Of a stretch of DNA of 64,000 nt, positions 1 through 10,763 are shown piece by piece; position 1 is the stretch's first letter; the number at the start of each line of letters is the position of its first letter. Source of the DNA: Azolla caroliniana (lineage: Eukaryota > Plantae > Polypodiophyta). A program made the translations under genes and the position numbers. The notes below the pieces were generated by a model. That model did no database searches. It saw nothing but the letters and a program-made list of their open reading frames with translations, and was not told the DNA's origin. The stretch covers positions 7,750,001-7,814,000 of the forward strand of contig JBHGNT010000018.1 of assembly GCA_043228905.1 (NCBI GenBank), written 5' to 3'.

Positions 1-1544
1 TTCGGAATCTCGTCCTCCACTTCGGTGTCGTTCATCAGAATGGTATTTTCATTCACCATCGACGCATTTTCCTCTGTAGTTTGTCTTTTTCTTTTTACGA
101 GATCCACAAGAAGATCATGGAACTCCTTTTTTGCTATTCCGAGTAGTTCTCGAAGTGAAAAATCTACCCGTCTGTCGAGGATTCTCACCTCGAACACTTT
201 CTTTATGTCCGTCCGTTGCTCGATGTCCGAAGCGAGTTTGAATGTCGGAATCGATTTTCCTTTCCCTCTTTTGTCGGAGTTCCAGCTCTCCGGTGTCTTC
301 GATGGTCCAGCCGCATCCTCCGTGCGTCGCCGCTTCTCGTCCACATACACCTCATGTAATTGACATAGGGCGTGGCGTATATGCTATTCTTATCGATGGG
401 GCACTCCCATCCCGTAGCTTCCTGGATGCCTTCCGCGGTGCTTCTGATCTCATTGGAGTCGGTTTTCTCGGTGTTTTCTAGCACTTCCAACCAAAAAGAC
501 ACCTTTGCTCCCGATGACTCCCCGACACGTATTCCCGCGGTTGTCGCGTAATTTCTCTTAACTGCTATTTCCTCCTCTAGGACCTTCTTCATGCCGCCTT
601 TTCGGAAGTTCGATCGGAGCGGCTTCCGAGAGTCCATCAAATGAATCCGATTTCCCTCATAGTAGATAAGATCCCGTCATAGCGCTTCCTTGTGCTCGTC
701 GCAATCCCTCCGATCATGTTCGGTGCTATTGCACCATATGCACCGACGGTCCATATACTTCGAACTTGTGGGACGGTCATCCGACTTCTTCACCATCACG
801 ATTTTTAGATTCTCCATCTCCTTCAGCAATTGCTCCACCGTAGTTGTGTTGATTCCCTTCTCGGTCGTAGCTTCCCGAGCCCGCGGTTGATGGTCTTCCG
901 ATCCGGATCTCGGTTTCGGAATCGGTTCCGAAACCCTCTTTTCTTCGTGGGCAAGCCATTGCCCCCTCTTTGTGTATCGTGCGACGATATCCCGCACGCT
1001 TTCCCATGTTTCGGTGATACCACGATCTTGGTATTCGTGTCCTCTAGAAGCACTCCAAGATCCTTCCGGTCTCGGACGTCTACGGCTCGTAAGAACATGA
1101 TAACTTTGTCTGGTACGAGGATAGCTTGATCTCTCGCAGACAACCTCCCGAACCGACTTTCGAATGCCGAAAACACATCGAGGACCTTCATACCCTTGTC
1201 CGGCGTTTCCACCCAATCCTCGAATCCTCTCCGTGTTGCCTTGGAGGAGTTCTCGATACTGAACGTGGTCTTTAGCGCCTCTTCAAACGCTTCCCACGTC
1301 GGATTTTGTTGTCGTAGCCCGTGGACACTTGCTTGAAGCCCGTTGGTAGCCATTGGTTGAAGGATGCCACTTGCAGTCCTTCCGAAATCCCGCACCGTAG
1401 CATTTCCGCCTTATAGTCCCGAAGATAGCGGGATACGTCCTTTCCGTTGAATTGCCCGATCCGTTGCACGAGCCCCTCTACTGCCGCTGCTATCTCCGAC
1501 ATCGCACGTTGTTCCTGAAGCATCCGCTCGAACATCATCATCAT
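1..1544 (-). pseudogene. gag: gypsy gag (frameshifted), running off the window start
   Basis: ORFs 1272-1544, 823-1395, 677-1216 and 203-640 in successive frames. Zinc knuckle present. LRELLGIAKKEFHD near 100-160 matches LREVLGIAKKDLHD in ORF 42185-42748. Confidence 0.8.
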
Positions 1545-1587
1545 GTTGTTAGCCTCCGATTGATTTTACATCTCCTTGCCACCCGTG

Positions 1588-1605
1588 TTCACGTCGGGTT
1601 CACCA
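1588..1605 (-). promoter_or_regulatory. Primer-binding site complementary to the tRNA-Trp 3' end
   Basis: Plus strand reads TTCACGTCGGGTTCACCA, the recalled 3' 18 nt of plant tRNA-Trp including CCA, 4 nt from the LTR end. Confidence 0.85.
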
Positions 1606-2376
1606 CTTGTGTCGTGCCTTTCGGCTCCAAATCGTTGCGTGAATCGGGTGGGAACCACCGAGGTTTTGGACTAGGAGAAAAGAAAATTCTAAGATAATTA
1701 AGAATATGAAATATATGGTACGAAAGAAAGATATGAAAAACTCGTGAATCCCACGAGTATAGTGTATTAATTGATACTTCGAATGTAAGAGAGAAATAGA
1801 TGGCAAAATCGTGAATCCCACGAATATTTTTTTATTAATCAATCCTTGTAAAATAATCAACAACCCCCCCCATACATCTTTCTCTCCTCCTTATATAAGG
1901 ATGGAAGAGGCTAAGCATAGCTTCATGCTTTTTCTAGAGTTTTCATGCACACAAAATGTGCATGAGTTGCCTTTTTACACTATGCTTTTATTTCGTAAAT
2001 ATAGTGTTCGTTAGATGTGCACGAGTCATTTTTTATTAGTGTACATTTCTTTTTTCTTATAAATAAAGTATTCACGCATTCTAAAAAACTGCATGACTTA
2101 CCTTTTAATAAAGGTAGGCGTAAATAAAGGTCTTATACGTATTAAATCTATATTTAAAACACTTAGGATAAGTTAGTACAATGGTAAGGTTAAGGTTTGT
2201 CTATGTGGAGGTACAGGGTTTGAATCTTGCCCTATGCATGTAATGAATATTTTTAATATTTTATTTTATTTATTATACGTACTTTAAATCAGATATAGTA
2301 TTTTACATATTTCACGTAGTTAAATCGGATATAGTATTTTACATATTTCACGTAGTGTGTGCTTCACACTACGACA

Positions 2377-4279
2377 ACGCAGACCCATGGAATCGACTAC
2401 GACGAGACCTTCGCTCCGGTAGCGAAGATGACTTCGGTTCGTGTGGTGTTGGCGGTTGTTGTGGCAAGGGGGTGGCATCTTCACCAGATGGACGTGAAGA
2501 ATGCATTTCTTCTAGGCGATCTTGAAGAAGAGGTCTTTATGACCCAACCCCCCGGTTTCTAGTCAAGTCACTTTATGGCTTGAAGCAAGTCCCCAGAGCT
2601 TGGAATGCCAAGATCATGCACCGGTTGTGAAAGATGGGGTTTGTAGCCTCCAAGTCTGACTCTTCGTTGTTCATCTTGCAAGGTCTTGACGGTCCGGTTT
2701 GCATCTTGTTGTATGTTGATGATCTAGTCATCACCGAACCCGGACTCGATGAAATCAGCCGAGTCAAGTCCCAACTGTCGGACGCATTTGAGATGAAGGA
2801 CCTTGGGGACCTTCACTATTTCCTTGGGATCGAGGTGATTCGAACCCCCGACAGCATATTGCTCTCACAAAGAAACTATGTGTTGAATATGTTGTACAAG
2901 TTCGGCATGACGGAATACCGCCCGATCTCCACACCCCTGGACCAGAACCAGAAGCTCCATCCCAACTCCGCACCGGCTTGCGATGAGAAGCGGTTCCTAC
3001 AAATCGTCGGAAGCCTTATATATTTGACAATGACCCGGCCCGACGTCAATTATCCGGTCAGCGTGATCATCCAATATATGCAGAAGCCGACCATGGAGCA
3101 CCTTCTGTGCGCGCATCGAATTTTACGATATGTGAGCAGCACGAAGGAACGGGGACTGTTATACCGGCATGGTATAACCGAAAAGCTAGCCGGCTACACC
3201 GATGCCGACTGGGTTGGCGATGCATCAGATCACCAATCCACCTCCGGCTATATGTTTTCCCTTGGTAGCGCAGTTGTTGCGTGGAGCAGCAAAAAGCAGC
3301 CAACAGTGGCCCTTTCGAGCATTGAGGCTAAATACCAGGGTGCTACGGTTTCCACCTGTGAAGCCATTTGGCTTCAACAACTGCTGCAAGACCTGCGGAT
3401 CGAGATGCCGACCCTGATCCTGATCTACTGTGACAACATAAGCAACATGAAGCTCGCCAAGATCCCCGTATTCCATGCTCACACAAAGCACATAGAAGTG
3501 CCTTGAGCGGTGAAGTCGAACTTCGGTATGTTCATACGGATCGGCAAGTTGCCAACATCTTCACCAAACCGCTCGGATCGGACAAGTTGCAACACTTCAT
3601 CGGAATTCTTGTTGTTCAGCATCTCGACGTGCCACACTTGAGGGGGAGAATGGGCAAAGACACATGCAAAGACACTGAAACAGGGAAAAGCAAAGAAACT
3701 GCCGATTGCATCAGTGAGGGAAGAACCGACAGAGGGAGAGACAAGAAGAAGAAAGGAGCCGAGTCGACAAAGGAAGTTGACACATCTGAACAAGTCGGAA
3801 CAAGCGGCATCGGTGGCAGAGTCAAGAAGGACAGAGCCGACCGGAAGAAGAAGGCCAAGACCTAGACATGGTCCGATGTGGTGAAGGGCTTGGAACTGGA
3901 AGATGAATCAGGAGCGATCGATTCGGACAAGAGCTGGAAGGAATTGGAGATAGTCGATTCGGTTCAATATATGGATTCGGAAGAACCGGATCAATTCAAG
4001 GCCAAGACGACAAGAAGGCAGCAAAAGTCGACGCCAACACGAAGGAATCGGCGAATCGACAAGCGCCGAAGTCACAGCAACGAGGGAGCTTATTTGGGCC
4101 TGTTGAGCAAACAAGCCGACCGAGGAGATCAGGGTACACAGAAACAGAAGGGTCACGGCAAACGGGACAGGACCAGACGAAGAGCGCGAGCGAGGTGGAG
4201 TGACGCCGGAAGCAGCCGTGTAGAAGGACCAACTACCATGGAGACTAACACTACAATCCGACCTCAAGTTGAGCTATAG
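2377..4279 (+). pseudogene. pol: copia RT-RNase H with charged C-terminal extension
   Basis: ORFs 2359-2562, 2634-3506, 3503-3865 and 3878-4279; stops and a small deletion. Confidence 0.9.
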
Positions 4280-4680
4280 GGGGAGTGTTGAGCGGCAAGC
4301 TCAACCGGATCCGGATCGGCATCCGGAAGGATGAGCCAGACCGGTGAGCAAGTGAGCCGGTGTGCTGGGGAGCCGGTTAGCCATATCAAGCAGTAACCAA
4401 AAGCCAAGTAGCAGCCTAGACTACTAGTAGTTAATCTCTCATAGTTAGTGTTAGACGTTTGTGTGAGCATTGAAGTACACTGTACTTCTGTCAGTCCGTA
4501 TGGACTTGTATAAAAGTGCTCACTGAACACATACAATGTAAAGAGTAATATTTTTTAATTGAATTTATGTGTGCTCTCTCTCTCTGTCTCTCCCGCGTAT
4601 TGTGTATATTCTAAGCTCTCCATTAAACCTGTGTTTCTATGTTCGGTTTTCTATTGCTTCCGCATGCTATTCTTTTTACA
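2377..4680 (+). mobile_element. Ty1/copia element 3' half (RT, RNase H, C-terminal extension, PPT, 3' LTR 4286-4680)
   Basis: [15 protein letters not shown] and GYTDADW...SKKQPTVALSS motifs. PPT AGGGGGAG 4278-4285. LTR TG..CA whose end matches the LTR end at 53189 onward in reverse complement. Confidence 0.92.
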
Positions 4681-4865
4681 TTCATGTTCCCCGTGAGGAC
4701 CACACGTGGTCTCTCACGCCCATTTGTATTCGTGTTCCAATTCCCAACGAGGACCGCACATGGTCGCTTATGCCCATTGGTGTTCGTGCTCCCCGTGAGA
4801 ACCGCACATGGTCGCTCACACATGTTGGTATTCATATTCCAGTCCTGGGGGACGACCGCACATTA
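4681..4865. repeat. 43-49 bp degenerate minisatellite (GTGAGGACCGCACATGGTCGCTCACGCCCGTTGGTGTTCGTGTTCC), about 4 units
   Basis: Visible tandem units; same consensus as 6040-6925. Confidence 0.9.
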
Positions 4866-5022
4866 TTGTTCATTCCCGTTGCTGTTCAATACCTTGTCTT
4901 CTAGAAGGGTTACTCCTTGTCTAGGATTTACAAAATAGTTTGGAGGTGGTCTAAGATTTTCATCAACAGTATCCCCTAAAGCCAAGGACGGATTTGGGAA
5001 GGCAGCGTAAGAGGAGGGATAA

Positions 5023-5525
5023 TGTCACATTCTAGACTCAAACCTTTGAATTTTAACACATAGTACATTGTGTTGTGTGAACCATATGGAAACTCTAGTG
5101 AACTGTCCACCCTTGATTGTAACTTGTATATATTGGAGAGTCTAGTGTATAGTACATTCGAGAATATTCTAGTCGTTAGTATATTCTAGAATTATTCTGT
5201 TGTATATTCTAAACAGGTATATTCTCGAGATATTTCTCGAGTATATTCTATAGATATTCAATCTCGGAAATTGTATAAATATTTGTAACATCCTTGGTCC
5301 CTTTCAAGGGATTCAACATCAGTCATTCACACATCAATCTAGTATTCTCATTTCACCTCATCTTCTCTCCTTGTTCCCTTGTTCTTTATTTCTAACTTCA
5401 TGCCCTGATGTCGCTCACAACATCTAGAGTTCCTAGCCTCATCACATCTAGCTCCAAGTTCATCCGTCGCTCGTAGCCCCATCATCTGTGCTCCGTCCTA
5501 GTCCGTGCATGGTGTGTCCGTGACA
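5023..5525 (+). mobile_element. LTR of a Tcn1/Tf1-like self-priming chromovirus derivative
   Basis: TGTCAC..GTGACA termini. PPT AAGAGGAGGGA 5009-5019 upstream, preceded by a DFHQQYPLKPR remnant typical of chromovirus pol ends. TATA at 5274. Downstream 5528-5538 is complementary to 5306-5316. Confidence 0.8.
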
Positions 5526-6039
5526 TTTTGAATCCCTTCCAACTAGGAGGACCACCCATCTTCGTCATCGCCTTTGCTTCTACAGTTTCCATCATCACCG
5601 TCCTTGCTTCTGGAGTTATTATCACCAACATCCTTGTGTTCGACGTCATCATTTTCAACCCCTCTTCACCAAACCATCGTTGTCATCAACACTACATGTC
5701 ATCATTTTTACGTATCATTTTGCATCAAGGTTTTGGTGAGGAGTGCTTTCGATCGCTCACTTTGTTGGTGGGGATCGGATCATTGCTCTCTTGCACTGCA
5801 TTATCGTTATAGTTCAAGTCTCGCGCCACTTTCTGTTGGCGAGGCCCGATTTCAATTGCTCTCCTTTTTGTTTCGGTGGGGGTTACAACTGTTCATTTTC
5901 CTGGTGGGGTTGTGTGGGTTTCTCGCTAATGCTACCGTTTGTGTTGTGTCTTGGGTCAACCTTCACTATTTACACTCTCATAATAGAAGATGTCGAGTCA
6001 TCCACTTCATTTGCACTCCTTCGCGCGTCGTTGTTCCTA

Positions 6040-6925
6040 TTCTCGGTGAGGGCCGCATGGTCGCTCACGTCCGCGCGTGTTCAGTTCTCAGTGAGGGCCA
6101 CATGGTTGCTCACGTCCGTTCGTGTTCTAGTTCTCGGTGAGGGTTGTAGGGCCACATGGTCGTTCACGTCTGTCCGTATTCCAATTCTCGGTGAGGGCCG
6201 CATGGTCGCTCACACCTGTTCCTGTTTTCGATGAGGACCGCACATGGTCGCTGACGTCCGTTCGTGTTCCAGTTCTTGGTGAGGGCCGCATGGTCACTCA
6301 CACTCATTCATGTTTAGTTCTCAGTGAGGGCCGCATGGTCACTCACGTTCGTTCGTGTTCTAGTTCTCGATGAGGGCTGCATGGTCACTCATGCCCGTTG
6401 GTGTTCGTGTTCCAACTCTTGGTGAGGACCAACATGGTCTCTCATGCCCGTTGGTGTTCGTGTTCCAACTCTCAGCGAGGACCGACATGGTCGCTCATGC
6501 ATGTTGGTGTTCGTGTTCCCTGTGAGGACCGCACATGGTCACTCACACCAACTATTGTTCGTGTTCCCTGTGAGGACCACACATGATCACTCACGGCCAT
6601 TGGTATTCGTGTTCTAGTCTCCAATGACGACTGGACATGTTCATGTTCCTTGTGAGGACCTCACATGCTCACTCACGCCCGTTGGTATTCATGTTCCAGT
6701 CCCCAATGAGGACCGCACATGGTCCCTCACTACAACTATTGTTCGTGTTCCACATCCCGGCGAGGACTGACATGATCGCCCATGCCTATTGTTGTTCATG
6801 TTCTTGTTCCTTGTGAGGACCACATGGTCGCTCACGCCTATTGGTGGCTGTATTCCAACTCTCGGTGAGGACCGGCATGGTCTCTTATGCCCATTGGTGT
6901 TCGTGTTCTATGTGAGGACCACACA
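6040..6925. repeat. 43-49 bp degenerate minisatellite, roughly 18-19 units
   Basis: Repeated GTGAGG(G/A)CCGCATGGTCGCTCAC...GTTCGTGTTC units. Confidence 0.92.
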
Positions 6926-6929
6926 TCCA

Positions 6930-7766
6930 ATCTCCCTCGGAAGTGGAGCCATATCCTGAAGTAGCAAGAAGCAACCAACCGTCGCTCTTTCAAGCACAAA
7001 GGCCGAATACAGGGTCGCGACGGTGGCTGCATGTGAAGTTGTATGACTTAAGAGGATATTGAAGGATTTGGGCATTCCCACCAAAGATCCAATTCCCCTT
7101 TACTGCAACAACATGAGCAATATTTATCTGGCTCGGAACCCGGTGTTCCACGCACGCACGAAGCATATCGACCTTCAACATATCGCTACGAATCTTCAGA
7201 CAGCCGACATCTTCACCAAAGCCCTAGAAACCGGCAAGCTTTAGCATTTCCTGTCAGACCTTGGATTGACGGTCTCTGACTTGCCAAGCTTGAGGGGGAG
7301 TACAAGCGAAAACCAGATACCATCCGAACCAGATATGAGCCGAAGCGAACATCAACTGAAGTAGCTGACCAAAGTTGAGCTTGAGGGGGCGTGTTGAGAA
7401 TCAAGCTCAACCTAGTCTAGTGTGTGACCACACTCTTGAGAGTGTGCACTCAAAGGTCAAAAGTCACCACTCTTATCTACATATTAACTATGTGTCATAA
7501 AATCATATTCTATGACACATAACTAATGAGTTTTCACATTCCCCATGACCCATGAGCTTCAATAGTTAATGAAGAGAGAGAGTGACTATATAAAGCACTC
7601 TCCTCCTACTTTGTAATTAGTTCGGTTAATCTCCTTTGTAATATACATCTTCTTGAGAATTCTATTGTGTTTTAAATCTATCTATCTTGTGTTTCTCTCT
7701 CTCTCTCTCATACACACACACTCACAACACATATCTCTAGTTTATTCTGCCGCACAAGAATCACCA
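6930..7766 (+). mobile_element. copia fragment: RNase H end, short tail, PPT and 3' LTR (7392 to about 7766)
   Basis: [13 protein letters not shown] and [10 protein letters not shown] motifs; AGGGGGCG then TGTTGAG. LTR right end approximate. Confidence 0.8.
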
Positions 7767-7780
7767 TCGATTGTTTACAC

Positions 7781-8105
7781 TATTGATTCTTAGGAAGGGG
7801 TCAAACCTTAACATGTCCTATTAATTCTTAGGAAAGGGTCAAACTGTCGACCCCTAGGAAGGGGTGGAATGCTAACCCTCTTGCTTAGGAAGCAATTAAC
7901 ATATCCTATTGATTCTCAAAAAAGGGTCAAACCTTAACATATCCTATTGATTCTTAGGAAAGGGTCAAACCTTCGACCCCTAGGAAGGGGTGGAATGCTA
8001 ACCCTCTTGCTTAGGAAGCAATTAACATATCCTATTCATTCTTAGAAAAGGGTCAAACCTTAACATATCCTATTGATTCTTAGGAAAGGGTCAAGCCTTT
8101 GACCT
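7781..8105. repeat. 126-bp near-perfect tandem repeat (about 2.5 copies) built from tRNA-Arg 3' halves
   Basis: TCAAACCTTAACAT recurs at 7801, 7927 and 8053. Confidence 0.9.
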
Positions 8106-9140
8106 TCTACTCAAAAAACCAACTTTCTATCCACTCAGCTATAAATGCCACCTAAAGCTCCTTTGAATACTAATTATTACTCAACGGCATCGCCTATTGA
8201 TTTTCACTAGGCGACATTGGGGATTCACCCCTTTGGTTTGGAAGCAATTAGCTATCATATTGAGTCACATTGGGAAGGGGTTAAACCGTCCACCTTCTAG
8301 TTAGGAAACAAACGCTCTATTCACTAGGCTACAACTACCACATGTTGGTTTTCAAAAAGCTTGAGGATTAGTTAATTACTATTTAATGGCATTGGGTATA
8401 ACTGAACACTATTTCCTATCAAATTCCACTAGGAAAGGATTCGGCATTCAACCATTTGCTTAGGAAGCAAACGGTCTCATTTCATTCATTAACATCTCCC
8501 ATTGATTCACACAAGGAAGGGATCAAACTATCAACCTTTTTCTTAGGAAACAAAAACTCTCAATTCACTAATTATTAACCAATGATTGTAAATTGCCCAA
8601 TTATGAGTAAATAGTATCTTCTATTGTTACGCACTAGGAAGGAGTTGGACATTTAACCTTCTAGTTATGAAATAGAGGCTCTATCCACTGAGCTACAAGT
8701 TCTAAAAATTGCTTTAAAAATATGGGTGAACCTTTTAGTCACAAAACATATGCTCTAATTCTAAATCACATGCTTTAACTAGTAAGTGGTACAACAATGA
8801 GCACAATCTATTAGTTTTGGAAACATGAAACAAGTATAAGATAAACATAATGCACTCTTCCTATCGATTCACACTTGAGAAGTATATTTTTTTAAACTAT
8901 TTTTTATATAATATTATTAATTTCTATTGGACGATTTTTTATGTTACTATTCTTAGTTTCTATTGTAAATCAACAGGTGAACCTTTGAATTCATGAATTA
9001 TTACTAAATGGTTATGAATTCGCAAACTATAAGTGAATAGCATCTCCAATTGTGATTCATAGTAGGAAAGTGAATGCACTAGAAAGGGTTTGAACCCTTG
9101 ACCTTCTACTTAAAGTGCTCTATGCACTAATCTACAAATC
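7781..9140 (-). pseudogene. Tandem array of degenerate tRNA-Arg(CCU) copies (about 13 full or partial)
   Basis: Reverse complement of 8630-8702 contains TGTAGCTCAGTGGATAGAGC...AGAAGGT...CTTCCTAGTGCG, matching recalled plant tRNA-Arg(CCT). Further near-full copies at about 8076-8148, 8266-8338 and 9075-9140. Anticodon loop TTCCTAA is retained at about 7886, 8301, 8460 and 8543. Confidence 0.8.
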
Positions 9141-10658
9141 CTACGTATTGCTTATTTAAATAAGCTATTTTTTGGAAATTTTCTTACACCAGTGGATTCC
9201 CCGCTACTCGCCCAACCACCCAACAAATATTTCATCCAGAAGAGATATTTGCTAGCTAATGCACAAAAATAGTCATATAAAATGATTGTGTAGTTCCCTC
9301 TCATTCTCAATGGAAATTAGATGAATTACCCTAGGCATAAACCCTACAACTTCTCCAAGTTGGATACCCACTCTTGCCCCATAGAAGCTTATAAATGCTT
9401 TCTACTGAAACATAGGACTCCATCTAAGAAAAAGGGGACTCCATTGTAGCAATTCTAGTGGGTCCTATAGGTGATGTGAGATGTCCTCCTCAATACTTTT
9501 CAATGGTCTAATAGGTTATGGTATTTGTTTTCGTATGATCATAATACATCACCATCATGGTCTCTCACTTAATAACACTCACACCGTCTCTCTATGTTTG
9601 TTACTGTCTCTCACTCTCTCTAGTTTTTGTGTCCCACATGCCATGTGCCTATGGAGTAAGATAATACATCATTGTCATTGGGGATTAACAATATTTCTCT
9701 CTCGTACTTTTACTCTATTGTGCCTAAAGTAGTGTGTAACTATTTGCTTATGTGGAGATCCATATCTTTTCAAGTGTTCACTATTATGACAATCATGCAT
9801 TTTATGGTCCCTTAAGCAAGAAATGAAAGATAAGGTGCCCCTCTTTTCCAACATACTTGTGAAAATCAAGAGAGAGACCTTGGGGCTTAGAATCACATAT
9901 GTAACAATTGAATGAAAGTAATGATAAGTAAGAGCTAGGGAAAACAAAAAGAAATATGGTTCCTAAAGCTTTGATATCATTAGACCCTTCAAGGAAAAGG
10001 AAATATGAGTTGTGAGTGACAACTTTCATTTCAAAAAATTCTTAAATATGACATATATATATGCTTTTTCATTTAAATTTATAGTGGAACGGGATGCATA
10101 TCAAGATGAGCATGAAGGTACATGACGTGATAATGGGATGCCGTAAAATGTTATGCGAATGATACGGTAAATCTTGTTGGTGGAGTCATGATATTGGTTG
10201 GTGGGCGTATGGCTTGGTAGAGAATAGATGATTATATGATGTATGGAAGGTATCGATCAGTAGTTCCCACTTATCTAATCATTAAGAATGTGAGAAGCAT
10301 AGTTTGTGAATACAAAGTTCCATGCCTAATATCAACAAGGATACAATAGTGGGATTCAAGACAAGTCCCTCAAAGAGGTCATCACACCATATGGTTTAAT
10401 GACTTTGAACCTTTATGTGTTGATTTAAAGTAATTTAAATTATAATTGAAAATCTATGGGTACGGGAACTTGCTTTATTGCATACAATATTGATGTAATT
10501 AAAAGCATTTGCATCAAGTTTTTGTAGGTGATACTATATATTATTGTTTTTTCAGGACATTAATCACTACAACCTAGTTGATTTTTGTAGGGTATAAAAT
10601 ATATGAAGCACTAGCTTAGATTTGATAACTTGGCTTCTTTAGGAACAGAGTGATCCAA

Positions 10659-10763
10659 AATGATGGACATAAAGTATGATGTGAGACAAATATGTTCACT
10701 AGAGAGCTCACAATGATGGACATAAAGTATGATGTCCAGCAAATATGTTCACTAGAGAGCTCA
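10659..10763. repeat. 53-bp tandem duplication
   Basis: AATGATGGACATAAAGTATGATGT...CAAATATGTTCACTAGAGAGCTCAC occurs twice. Confidence 0.9.

Larger units (their letters stand above)
1..2376 (-). mobile_element. Ty3/gypsy LTR retrotransposon 5' part (non-chromovirus, Phygy-like), inserted in a copia RT
   Basis: LTR 1610-2376 with TGTCGT..ACGACA termini, a tRNA-Trp PBS, and frameshifted gag ORFs with a CCHC knuckle (CIWCNSTEHDRRDC). Homologous to the gag at 42188-44007. Copia RT codons ([12 protein letters not shown]) resume at 2377. Confidence 0.85.

Noticed and set aside
5528-6586. Several hydrophobic ORFs (possible env-like or membrane protein)
   Set aside because: Open in multiple frames because of T/C-rich leader and repeat composition; no motif, and repeat unit lengths are mostly not multiples of 3.
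6040-6925. CRISPR-like appearance of the repeat array
   Set aside because: Units are contiguous and degenerate with no unique spacers; eukaryotic context and no cas genes.
8630-8702. Functional tRNA with CAT anticodon
   Set aside because: T-loop/B-box and stems are disrupted; CAT is a point mutation of the CCT seen in sister copies.
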